64,000 nucleotides of DNA, from NCBI GenBank assembly GCA_965205335.1, contig OZ242164.1, forward strand, positions 896,001 to 960,000, in the 5' to 3' direction. The number at the start of each line of letters is the position of its first letter. Positions within the stretch are counted from its first letter, which is position 1. Positions 21,673-31,034 of the stretch are shown one piece after another. The DNA is from Candidatus Woesearchaeota archaeon (GTDB lineage: Archaea; Nanobdellota; Nanobdellia; Woesearchaeales; UBA583). Below the pieces are notes generated by a model. It worked only from the letters and a program-made list of their open reading frames with translations, was not told where the DNA came from and did not search any database. Position numbers and translations under genes: made by a program.

Positions 21673-22293
21673 ATGTTAAGCGAATTCATTTCCAAAACTC
21701 ATATTAAAAAATTGGCAATATACAAAAATAAATTTTCCTGTAACAAACCATTTAACAATCTATCAATACCTAAATTTTTAGACGAAAAACTTGCAAGAAA
21801 AATTAAAAACGCCTTAAAAAAAGAGGAATACTACATTGAAGAAAACGATTTATACAAATTCCAGAGAACAGTTGACTTTAAACACCTAAAAAACAAAACC
21901 CTAAAAGAACTTAGAAATAACTTGTTATCAGAAGAATTCATATCCTATATTGAAAATCTCACAAATACCAAACTAAAAAGAAACAAAATTGACTTGCACT
22001 CTCTAAAACTTCTAAACACTCATTATCTTCTGTGCCATGACGATGATATTTTAGGCAGAAAAATAGCATTCATTCTAAACCTCTCTGAAAACAGGAGCAC
22101 AAAAGATGGAGGAAACTTAGAATTATTTGAATGCAAAAACAACAAACCATTTAAAATTTGCAAATCAATTACTCCCCAATTTAACCAATTTAACATTTTT
22201 ATTGTAGAACCAAACAAATCCTTTCATCAAATATCAGAAGTACTGTCAAACAAACAAAGAATATCAATTTCAGGATGGTTTCATTACAAATGA
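21673..22293 (+). CDS. 2OG-Fe(II) oxygenase resembling the OGFOD1/Tpa1 catalytic domain
   Basis: NDLYKFQ, LLCHDD (HxD), GRKIAFIL, SFHQISEV (distal His) and RISISGWFH (2OG-binding Arg). Confidence 0.9.
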   Translation: MLSEFISKTHIKKLAIYKNKFSCNKPFNNLSIPKFLDEKLARKIKNALKKEEYYIEENDLYKFQRTVDFKHLKNKTLKELRNNLLSEEFISYIENLTNTKLKRNKIDLHSLKLLNTHYLLCHDDDILGRKIAFILNLSENRSTKDGGNLELFECKNNKPFKICKSITPQFNQFNIFIVEPNKSFHQISEVLSNKQRISISGWFHYK

Positions 22294-22895
22294 AAATTAA
22301 CAAAACATACGAAAAAAAATCTATAATCTCTCAGATGAGTAAATACTTTAATCAAAATGAATTTATCTTATTAAACAGTTTCTTTGAGAATGACATATCC
22401 AAAATTAAATCCAATATTCTAAAAGAAGATTTTAAAGAAGAATACAACCCAATATCTCACAGAAAAAAAATTCTTAACAAAAAAGACATATATGCTCCTA
22501 AAATACTTGAATTATTTAACTATTTTAAATCAAAAGAATTCACTCATTTAATAAAAGAAATAACCCATTTAAACCTTCGGATTACAAACATTGAACTATA
22601 TAAATATTCACATAAAGATTTCATAATACTAAACGATGAAACAAAACCACAAAACACTGTTGATGTAATATTTGATTTAACCTCAGATTGGAAAAAAGAA
22701 AATGGAGGTATTCTAACTTATACAACAAAAAACAAAGAACTCCTATATATAACTCCTGATTTTAATACATTAACAATAGTAAATAAGCCCAAAGAAATTA
22801 TGAAATACTTAAAATACATAAATAACAAAGCAAAAACTAATCAAATACTTAGATTTGAAATTACCTTTAATATAAGGAAATTACCAAAAAAATAA
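22290..22895 (+). CDS. Inactive 2OG-oxygenase fold resembling the OGFOD1/Ofd1 C-terminal domain
   Basis: INKTY, W..ENGG..TY, ELL.I.P..NTL.IV and MKYLKYIN motifs; HxD..H missing; ATGA overlap with the upstream gene. Confidence 0.8.
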   Translation: MKINKTYEKKSIISQMSKYFNQNEFILLNSFFENDISKIKSNILKEDFKEEYNPISHRKKILNKKDIYAPKILELFNYFKSKEFTHLIKEITHLNLRITNIELYKYSHKDFIILNDETKPQNTVDVIFDLTSDWKKENGGILTYTTKNKELLYITPDFNTLTIVNKPKEIMKYLKYINNKAKTNQILRFEITFNIRKLPKK

Positions 22896-22986
22896 ATAAA
22901 AAAATCAGAAAACCTTTCTAAACTAACTCTTTTAACACACCTCTACTTTTAGAAAAATTTATAATCTAATAGAAATTAAAAATAAT

Positions 22987-23448
22987 ATGTTTATGCCAAA
23001 TATTCCAAGAAGAAAAATCTATGAAGTAATGCTTGAATTTGAAGATGGAATGATTGAAATGCAGATTTTGCTCTATAACAGAGATAATTTTGAGAAATTC
23101 AGAGAATCATTTTACGATGAAGGTTATCCTAAAATAAGAACTTCCTATAAAAAAATTAAAGTTCTAATGATTATGTTCTTGGAAAACAGAAAATATACAT
23201 CCCATGAAGAATTTGAAAAGGACTTAAATCATCTAAAAAGAAATGATGAAAATGTCAAAAAACATTTATGGAAGAGTAAGAATTTACCTTTAAAATTCAA
23301 ATTTCTAATATTAAGAATAGATTATCTTATGAGAAAATATCCAAAAATAAACAACAGATTCATTGCCAGAATTCTGTATCGAAACTTTGACAAGTTCAAT
23401 TCTCAAGTTCCCAAAATTCTTGAACTAAGACGCGATTATATGAAATAA
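22987..23448 (+). CDS. Hypothetical basic protein
   Basis: 153-aa ORF preceded by TTTATAA. Confidence 0.7.
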   Translation: MFMPNIPRRKIYEVMLEFEDGMIEMQILLYNRDNFEKFRESFYDEGYPKIRTSYKKIKVLMIMFLENRKYTSHEEFEKDLNHLKRNDENVKKHLWKSKNLPLKFKFLILRIDYLMRKYPKINNRFIARILYRNFDKFNSQVPKILELRRDYMK

Positions 23449-23449
23449 A

Positions 23450-23650
23450 ATGGAAATATACATTGAAAAAGAAAATACAACAAAACAAATTAAACTTGAA
23501 AAAAATGAGAAGATAAAAGAAGTTTTAAAAGAACTTGGAATCTCAATAAACTCTGTAATTCTCGTTAAAAATGATACAATATGCCTTGAAGATGAAACAG
23601 TTTCAGATGAAGACAAAATAAAAATCCTCTCAGTTGTTTCAGGCGGTTAA
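23450..23650 (+). CDS. MoaD/ThiS/SAMP ubiquitin-like protein
   Basis: 66 aa ending ILSVVSGG. Confidence 0.9.
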   Translation: MEIYIEKENTTKQIKLEKNEKIKEVLKELGISINSVILVKNDTICLEDETVSDEDKIKILSVVSGG

Positions 23651-23740
23651 AGATACGTCCACAAATATAAATCCTATTTGTAAATTCCTTACTGTCTCCT
23701 CACACATAAAGTTTATTAAAGAGATTTTCCAAGAAGAGAT

Positions 23741-24322
23741 ATGGCAAATCAGGAAATAGTAGATTACATAAAAAAATACAAAGACTCATATCCAGAAGAA
23801 TCTATAAGAATACAACTTGTAAATAGTGGATATAGTGAATCAGAGATTAATGAAGCATTTGGAGGAAATTCACAAGTTACTAATTTAGAGAACGCACATT
23901 ATGCTGGGTTCTGGATTAGATTTCTTGCATATATCTTAGATTCTATAATTATTGCAATACCTTTAACTCTTGTTTATATTATTCTCAATTTTATATTGGT
24001 CTTTATTTTTTCAATAAGTGAAATTGCAGCATTTTTGATTACTTATGTTATATTTGCTGTTCTGCCTATTATTGTATTTCTAACTTATGAATTTATTATG
24101 GTTGGAAAAAAGGGAGCAACACTTGGGAAAATGATAGTTGGTGCAAAGATAACTAAAGACAATGGAGAAGAGATGGATATGGGTTCATCAGCACTTAGAC
24201 TTTTAGGAAAGTTTATTAATTCTTTCACATTATGCATTGGATTCTTAATGGTGGGGTTTACTGAAAAGAAACAAGGACTTCATGATATGATTGCAAAAAC
24301 ATATGTAATCTACAAAAGATAA
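23741..24322 (+). CDS. RDD family membrane protein
   Basis: YAGFWIRFLAYILD, GATLGK and KQGLHDMIAKT motifs. Confidence 0.92.
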   Translation: MANQEIVDYIKKYKDSYPEESIRIQLVNSGYSESEINEAFGGNSQVTNLENAHYAGFWIRFLAYILDSIIIAIPLTLVYIILNFILVFIFSISEIAAFLITYVIFAVLPIIVFLTYEFIMVGKKGATLGKMIVGAKITKDNGEEMDMGSSALRLLGKFINSFTLCIGFLMVGFTEKKQGLHDMIAKTYVIYKR

Positions 24323-24323
24323 A

Positions 24324-25307
24324 ATGGAAAGTAATTATGGAAAACTCTTCACATTTTCTTATAATCAGTTAAAAAAGAATAAAGAATTAGTATTACCGTT
24401 TTTCTTCTACTACCTAACATTTTTCATTTGTCTTATTCTATTTATTCTTCTCTCAGGTGCAACAAGTTTAATTAGTGAATATAACAATATGGATGATGAA
24501 TACAATAAATACTACCAAGAAGAATTAGAAAAAGGAAATAATTATCCACAGTCGAAATTAGATTATTACTTTGAAAACTCACAACTATTCAAAGAAAAAT
24601 TCTCAGGTGATAATCTAATGAAATTAGCTCTTGTTGGCATATTCACATTAATATTTGGGTGGCTTTTAGGAGTTTACTTTCAGAGCATAGGCTATTTTCA
24701 GAACTCAAAAGCCGCATCAGAAATAGAATATAAACCAGATTTCTTTTACAGCATGAAAAACTCAAAATACATACCATTAATTAAAGTAAAACTCCTATGG
24801 TTTGCAATAATCTTTACGCCTCTTATAATAATAGGTGTAGCAATATTATTATCTTTTACAGTAAATGAATTACTTGGAGTATTATCCATATTCATCGGAA
24901 TAATTCTATATATTGCCTACATAATATATGTTGGAGTTAGACTATTTTTTTTAATCCCCAAATTATACTTTGAAGAAAAATCTAATAAAGAACATAAAAT
25001 AAAAAAAACTTCAACTATTGATTTATTCAAACACACAATAGAATTATCAAAAAACAAATTTGCAATATTATTTGTACTCGCGTTAATATTTTATGCATTA
25101 GCATCTGTAGTTGATACACTATATGACATCTCCTTTCATTTTTCTATTTTTATGTTTACACTAGGTGCTCCAATGTTCTTATTTATTTTATTCTTCCTAT
25201 TGATTTTAATCTTTGTATCTGTTCTGACTTGTTACTTGAATTTATTTCTTATGAACTCATATCAGGATTTTAAAAATAACATTTCAATCTCAAAAACCGA
25301 TAAATAA
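24324..25307 (+). CDS. Multi-pass membrane protein
   Basis: About 6 hydrophobic segments. Confidence 0.75.
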   Translation: MESNYGKLFTFSYNQLKKNKELVLPFFFYYLTFFICLILFILLSGATSLISEYNNMDDEYNKYYQEELEKGNNYPQSKLDYYFENSQLFKEKFSGDNLMKLALVGIFTLIFGWLLGVYFQSIGYFQNSKAASEIEYKPDFFYSMKNSKYIPLIKVKLLWFAIIFTPLIIIGVAILLSFTVNELLGVLSIFIGIILYIAYIIYVGVRLFFLIPKLYFEEKSNKEHKIKKTSTIDLFKHTIELSKNKFAILFVLALIFYALASVVDTLYDISFHFSIFMFTLGAPMFLFILFFLLILIFVSVLTCYLNLFLMNSYQDFKNNISISKTDK

Positions 25308-25372
25308 GATACAAATTATCTATTTTAAAGTTAAGACGCACTTATATATATTTATTTTTCCCTCCTCTAGGT

Positions 25373-26218
25373 ATGAGTCTTTTTGGAAAGAAAAAAGAAA
25401 AAGAAGATATGAAACAAACTCAGGATATAAAAAATACAAGTTCAATTTCTCCTAATCAATCTAATTTAAATAATGTGCCATCTTTTGGGCAAACTGCCTC
25501 AAACCCAAATCCATTTGTAAACCCTTTTGCAGAGAATAACAATTCTCCTATATCAAGTGCAAATCCAACACCTAATCCCACATTCAATCCAGCACCAAAT
25601 TCAATGCCTAATCCAGAACCCATCCCTAATGTCCAGATGCCTAATTCTAATCCTCCTATGCCTCCTCCTATGTCACACCAACAGCAACCAATACAACCAA
25701 TGCAATCACTTTCAATGCCACTACAGGATTTAAATTCATCAATGCCATCTCCACAACCTTCACAATCTATACAACAGCCAATGCAACAACCAGTAAATAT
25801 ACAAACTCCAAATGAAGCACCTTCTAGTACAGCACCTAAAGAAAACAATCAACTATCAAAAGAAGATATTGAGGAAATGATTGATGAAATCGTTGAAAAA
25901 GTTATAGAAGAAAGATGGAAAACATTAGTTAGCAATGTTGAAAAAGTTGTATCATGGAAAGAAAAACAAGAATCCCATATCAATATGATTAAAGAAGATA
26001 TTGTTTCAATTAAAGAAACATTTGACAAACTTGAAAAAAGACTCATATCAAAAATAGAAGACTATGATAAAAATGTACTTGATGTGAACTCTGAAATTAG
26101 AGCCTTAGAAAAAGTCTTTCAGAAAATAACTCCTACTCTTGTCAATAATGTTAACGAATTATCAAAAATTGCAAAAGATATAAAATCAGGCAGAGATGCA
26201 CAAGAAGAATCAATATAA
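25373..26218 (+). CDS. Pro/Gln-rich protein with C-terminal coiled coil
   Basis: Low-complexity P/N/Q N-half, then IEEMIDEIVEKVIEERW..ALEKVFQKI heptads. Confidence 0.8.
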   Translation: MSLFGKKKEKEDMKQTQDIKNTSSISPNQSNLNNVPSFGQTASNPNPFVNPFAENNNSPISSANPTPNPTFNPAPNSMPNPEPIPNVQMPNSNPPMPPPMSHQQQPIQPMQSLSMPLQDLNSSMPSPQPSQSIQQPMQQPVNIQTPNEAPSSTAPKENNQLSKEDIEEMIDEIVEKVIEERWKTLVSNVEKVVSWKEKQESHINMIKEDIVSIKETFDKLEKRLISKIEDYDKNVLDVNSEIRALEKVFQKITPTLVNNVNELSKIAKDIKSGRDAQEESI

Positions 26219-26221
26219 ATT

Positions 26222-26905
26222 TTAACTCTTAAAGAAACCAAAAGAACGTGTCTTCTTTTCTATCAGCCCTGAATTTGTAATATCAAACTCAACTTTTTTA
26301 GACTCCTTTCTAAACTTATGCTTTATAAGACATGCTATCTTTACATCCATTTCTTTATCTAACTCAATAATTGTCTTAGACCAATACTCAATAACATTTC
26401 CCCCAACCATTTTCTTTTCCTTTGTATCAAAATTAGTGTACATCTGATTTGTTACAAGAATTGGTATGTGAAATGTTCTTGAAATTTCGGTTAGTAATCT
26501 TAATTGCTCTCCTAAATTAGTATTTATTTTCGCAGGAGAATCCCCAAGCTTCAGACGATATAACATTACAAGAGAATCAACAATTACAAGTCCAATCTGA
26601 GAGGAATTTTTTATCTGTTTATTTAAATTAAGAATAATCTTGTGTTGCTCCTCAAAAGATTTTGGATTTAAAACAATTACATCCTTTAGATTAACTGACT
26701 CATATATCTGTTTTAACCTCTCAGCACTAAAACCACCTTCTGTATCAATATATATCACTTTCTTTTTCATTTTCAAAGCAGATACGCAATATTGAAAACA
26801 AACTGTTGATTTACCAACCCCAGGAGGTCCATAAATAGTAGTAATTGTATCTGATTGTAACTCCCCTATTATATCATCAAAAAAATTATCAAGTTTTAGA
26901 GTCAT
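26222..26905 (-). CDS. radB: DNA repair protein RadB
   Basis: GPPGVGKST, YIDTEGG, VIVDS, TNQ and KH basic patch; no RadA N-terminal domain. Confidence 0.92.
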   Translation of the reverse strand: MTLKLDNFFDDIIGELQSDTITTIYGPPGVGKSTVCFQYCVSALKMKKKVIYIDTEGGFSAERLKQIYESVNLKDVIVLNPKSFEEQHKIILNLNKQIKNSSQIGLVIVDSLVMLYRLKLGDSPAKINTNLGEQLRLLTEISRTFHIPILVTNQMYTNFDTKEKKMVGGNVIEYWSKTIIELDKEMDVKIACLIKHKFRKESKKVEFDITNSGLIEKKTRSFGFFKS

Positions 26906-26923
26906 AAAAATATTTAACCTTAC

Positions 26924-27020
26924 TTTTTTATAAACGCTTTGCTAAACTTTTTTAAAATCACTTAATTTCAGGATAAAATCCATTAGTAGTATTTTTATTA
27001 AGCCTAAATATAATTTCTTA
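26924..27020. repeat. Imperfect direct repeat, copy A (radB divergent promoter region)
   Basis: TTTTTTATAA..CTAAACTTTTTTAAAA..ACTTAAT..AGGATAAAA..TATTTTTATTAA matches 28809-28906. Confidence 0.8.
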
Positions 27021-27041
27021 ATTTACAAATCCTAAATAATG

Positions 27042-28071
27042 GGCTCTGTCCGAAAATTAATTTTTTTAAGGAAGAAGAGATGAAAACACTATTTGATACT
27101 AAAACATTATTATTTTTCTTTTGAAAATTATCCAATTTTCATAGAAGAAAATTACATAAGAAAGTTTTTTTCTTATGTTATACCACAGAATATTCCATGC
27201 TATTTCTCTTTTTTTCATAAAATGTGTCCTACTTCTGATATTTAGTCCTTGAACTCTCTTCAGGGATGAAAACACACTCTCCACATTGTTCCTTTTATTG
27301 TATAATTCTTTATTTTTGTGATATTTTTGTTTGATTTTACAATGTTTAACGATATTATGTTTAGTTTTTCCATAATTTTTTGGCGGGAAAATCAAATCTA
27401 TATCTTTTTCTTTGAGATTTTCTAAATGATCAAAGGAAAAGTATCCTTTATCTGCGACAAGGACACTTTTCCTGACTTTTAATCTTTTGAAAAGTTTGTT
27501 TGCAACTTTTGAATCATGCTGATTCTTAACCAAGAAAGAAAAGTCTATTATTTGTTTAGAGCCTTGCACATCACAAATTATGTCTAATTTATGCCAAGGA
27601 GATTTGGGTTCAAATCGTATTCTATGTTTGTAATAAGTAGTTTTATGGTCTGCATCAATTCCCGAACCATCAATTGCTACAAGTTCTGGGTTGGAATTCT
27701 CTAAAGAAAATCTAATCAAATCTCGGATAAAAGAAACTGAGAAGGACTTTAACCAATCATGGAGAGTTGATTTTCCTGGAATATGTTTTAGTTGCAACCA
27801 ATGTTTCCAAGCAGTTAAAACGCCGTCTAAATTGCTTACGAACCTTCTAAGAGATTTTCCTGATTGGATATATAAGACTATTATAGCAACTCTTTGATAA
27901 TTATTAAAGAGTTTGCAACCCCTCACAAAATTGTGAGGCCTTAACCTTAAACTATGACAAAGTTTAAGTATTTCTTTATGTAAACTATTAGTAAAGTTGG
28001 TTGTCTTTAGCATAAAAAACTACCAACTTTACACTTTATTAATTCTTTGATTTGAATTTTCGGACAGAGCC
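27042..28071 (-). mobile_element. IS5-family (IS903-like) insertion sequence, copy 1, 1030 bp
   Basis: IR GGCTCTGTCCGAAAATT / AATTTTCGGACAGAGCC; 8-bp target duplication AAATAATG. Confidence 0.95.
27099..28013 (-). CDS. DDE transposase (IS5 family)
   Basis: AIDGSG, ADKGY and Y..R..VESVFSSLKR motifs. Confidence 0.93.
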   Translation of the reverse strand: MLKTTNFTNSLHKEILKLCHSLRLRPHNFVRGCKLFNNYQRVAIIVLYIQSGKSLRRFVSNLDGVLTAWKHWLQLKHIPGKSTLHDWLKSFSVSFIRDLIRFSLENSNPELVAIDGSGIDADHKTTYYKHRIRFEPKSPWHKLDIICDVQGSKQIIDFSFLVKNQHDSKVANKLFKRLKVRKSVLVADKGYFSFDHLENLKEKDIDLIFPPKNYGKTKHNIVKHCKIKQKYHKNKELYNKRNNVESVFSSLKRVQGLNIRSRTHFMKKREIAWNILWYNIRKKLSYVIFFYENWIIFKRKIIMF

Positions 28072-28076
28072 AAATA

Positions 28077-28787
28077 ATGGAAACATTTATTAATATAATT
28101 CTTATTTTTAATTCTATGCTAATTACATCTGATGGACATTTCCAACAAACTGAAATTGATTTATCACAAATTAGATTATATCAATTAGATAAGATTGGAG
28201 AGGGAAGACATAGAGAAGTATTTAGATTAAATGACAGATATGCGTTCAAAGTTTTGAAGCCAGAAATTAAAAGAAGTTATGGACCAATCCATAATATTAC
28301 TATTCCTGCTAATATATACACAAGACTTAGAGTTGGAACTACAGATTTTAACCAGTTTGAATATGATAAATATAAAGAATTTATTGAAAGAGTTCCTGTT
28401 GAAATGAGGAACAGATTTTCCCATATTCATTCTGTTGGGGAAATAGAGGAGAGAAGTTTTTCAATTTCAGATTTAGTAGTTAATAGCGATGGCAGTTTGA
28501 GTAGAACACTATTGCAATATGACAGGTTAGATGATGATAAATTTTGGAAAAGAATTAAAGAATTAGAAGAGATGTTAATAAGTTTAGATATTCCTTTCCT
28601 TGATGTTAGAGGAGGGAATATTGCAGTTAGAGAAGTGGCTGGGGAAGCATACCCAGTGCTAATAGATTTTAAGAGCCTTACTAGAAGACTTTATCCTCTT
28701 CAATTTTGGTTATTCTTCAAAGAACTATTATCTAGAAAAATGCAAAGAAGATTTGCAAGGATGAGAGAGAGACATAAACTAAGTTAA
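28077..28787 (+). CDS. Protein-kinase-like protein (YrbL-like)
   Basis: IGEGRHREVF, AFKV, DVRGGNI and LIDF motifs. Confidence 0.7.
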   Translation: METFINIILIFNSMLITSDGHFQQTEIDLSQIRLYQLDKIGEGRHREVFRLNDRYAFKVLKPEIKRSYGPIHNITIPANIYTRLRVGTTDFNQFEYDKYKEFIERVPVEMRNRFSHIHSVGEIEERSFSISDLVVNSDGSLSRTLLQYDRLDDDKFWKRIKELEEMLISLDIPFLDVRGGNIAVREVAGEAYPVLIDFKSLTRRLYPLQFWLFFKELLSRKMQRRFARMRERHKLS

Positions 28788-28808
28788 ACATAATTACGCA
28801 CAATCATA

Positions 28809-28906
28809 TTTTTTATAAGTACTTTTCTAAACTTTTTTAAAACTACTTAATATTAGGATAAAAACTTAACTACAATATTTTTATTAAATATAACTACACT
28901 ATCTTA
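28809..28906. repeat. Imperfect direct repeat, copy B
   Basis: Matches 26924-27020. Confidence 0.8.
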
Positions 28907-29016
28907 TGGACATTACAACAATCCTGATTGTTATAATTTTGGGGATCTTTGCAGGAATATTTACTGGTCTTATACCTGAGGTTCACATCAATACGACAAG
29001 GTTTAAAAAAGATTGA
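28906..29016 (+). pseudogene. N-terminal fragment of a TctA-like (tripartite tricarboxylate transporter) permease
   Basis: MDITTILIVIILGIFAGIFTGLIPEVHINT resembles the GxxTGLIPGxHxN motif; stops after 36 aa. Confidence 0.65.
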
Positions 29017-29528
29017 CACATATCTTCTATTATTGATGCATACAATATCTTATTCACATCCTCGGGCTCAAGTGTTAGAATTGACAATGTTACAAGAAAT
29101 AATGTGTTTAGATTAAACAACAACTTACCAGAGATGGAAGATGCGTAAGAATCTTCAGTTTAGATTTATCTGGTTAAGATAAAGAGTTTTATCATTGGGG
29201 TATTATTGGAAGAGAAAATTATCGTCCAAAAGTAATTGATTTCTGGAGAAAAAAAGTAATAACAACTTATATGTTCAAAAAAAAGTCCAGAACAATATCA
29301 GAAGCAGAGATATGCTTAATTTTTTCTTTTTTTGTTAAATAATTTACAGTTTTTTAATACCATTTTCTATATAAGTAAATCAAGAAAAGTAGATGTAGAG
29401 TATTTTTTAACAGTCTTTTATATATTTTGTTGAATATACCAAGAGTTCATTTGATGAATGTATTAATTATTTCTGTAATATTTAATCTGATTTAAGTGAG
29501 TTTTAATAGCAATAGTAAAAATAAAAAA

Positions 29529-30905
29529 TCACTTTCTCATAAACCTTCTAAGCATTGAGAAATCATCCATACTCTCTCTTGCAAGAGTCTGATAGAACTG
29601 ATATATAATCATAATCATAAGCAAAATACCTGTTCCGCTTGTTAGTGCATACAGCAAATCCGCAGTTGATGCCAAAAGCCCAATACCAATACCTCCCATA
29701 ATTGTTAAAGGTATAATGTACCTATCCAAAATCTTTTCAATAATTCTCACATCCTTTCTAAAACCTGGGATTTGAAGTCCTGAATTAATAATCTGCTTTG
29801 CCTGAGACTTTGAATCCATTCCTGCTGTCTGAACCCAGAAATATGAAAAAATAGTAGCACCAATGACAAGAAAAACAGTATAAGAGAGCATATGAGTCCA
29901 AACATCGAATGTAAGAAAACTTTCTAAATTAACCCAGAAACTTTCTTCTGGTAGCTGGAGATAACTAATAATTGTAACGAATAATCCTTGCCCTTCCTCA
30001 AGTCCTCTCCAATTCGTCCAAAGACTTGACCAAAGAACCAGATTAGCACTAAGTGCTGAGATTAAAATAACTGGAATAACACCTGCATAGAAAAAATTTA
30101 AGGGCCATCTTATGCTCTGTCCTCTTATTCTTCCAAAAGATAGTGGAATTTCCACATTTACTGACTGAAAAAATACTATCAAAAAGAACAACCCAATTGT
30201 AACACAAACAGGACCTAAAACACTCGTTAGAAATGAATAAGTATCTCCTGTTGATAAAAAGTGCAGTCCTGCCCATAATGCCCCTACAGCAGTATCTGTA
30301 CCTCCAAATCCCCAACCTAAATCTCCTATCTGTGTAAACGGACTAAAAAAACGTAGAAATAATGCTTGTCCTATTCCTGCGGCTATAAAGAGCGAAACTC
30401 CACTTCCAAACCCCCATTTCTTAACAATCTCATCCATATAAACTACAATAAATCCCCCAAGGGCTAATTGAAGAGATACAATCCAAAATAATGAAGGACT
30501 CTGTGGGGTTACCGCACCAAATGCAACATATACAATTGACTCTACAATAATAAAAGCAAAAGTTAAGAGTTTTTGAGTTCCTGACCATATAAACTTTCCT
30601 TCCTCATTGTTTAAATCAATATTAATAATACCCGAACCTTTAAGCAACTGTAACACAATAGATGTAGTAACAATTGGCCCAATTCCCAGAGTTAGCAATT
30701 TTCCAATCTTTGCCCCAAGCAATAACTCCAGTGCTTGAAAATAATCTGATTGAGCTGCACTAATTCCATACAATGGAATTGATGCAAGAAATAAAAAAAG
30801 AATCAAAATCCCAAAAGTCCATATCAATCTCTTTTTCAGTGTCTGTTTCTTAGCTGGTGAAGAAACCTCTGGAAGACTCATTAATATATTCTTATAAAGT
30901 GACAT
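29529..30905 (-). CDS. secY: Preprotein translocase subunit SecY
   Basis: LGIGPIVT, KWGFGSGVSLFIAAG, GLQIPGFR and SGTGILL motifs. Confidence 0.98.
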   Translation of the reverse strand: MSLYKNILMSLPEVSSPAKKQTLKKRLIWTFGILILFLFLASIPLYGISAAQSDYFQALELLLGAKIGKLLTLGIGPIVTTSIVLQLLKGSGIINIDLNNEEGKFIWSGTQKLLTFAFIIVESIVYVAFGAVTPQSPSLFWIVSLQLALGGFIVVYMDEIVKKWGFGSGVSLFIAAGIGQALFLRFFSPFTQIGDLGWGFGGTDTAVGALWAGLHFLSTGDTYSFLTSVLGPVCVTIGLFFLIVFFQSVNVEIPLSFGRIRGQSIRWPLNFFYAGVIPVILISALSANLVLWSSLWTNWRGLEEGQGLFVTIISYLQLPEESFWVNLESFLTFDVWTHMLSYTVFLVIGATIFSYFWVQTAGMDSKSQAKQIINSGLQIPGFRKDVRIIEKILDRYIIPLTIMGGIGIGLLASTADLLYALTSGTGILLMIMIIYQFYQTLARESMDDFSMLRRFMRK

Positions 30906-31034
30906 AAAATTTATTAAAATTAATATGTTTAAAAATCTTTGTTATCCAATTCATTGAACAGACTTTAAAACTAGAAACATAAAATTATAAAATAATAGAT
31001 TTCTTATTCAATACAGACACGAAAACTAAAAAAT

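Noticed and set aside
22275-22293. OGFOD1-like pair as one frameshifted gene, or a start at 22275
   Set aside because: There is a clean ATGA stop/start overlap at 22290 and no room for the interdomain linker of the eukaryotic protein; two coupled genes fit better
25440-25830. Pro/Asn-rich stretch as a DNA repeat element
   Set aside because: Explained by low-complexity coding sequence
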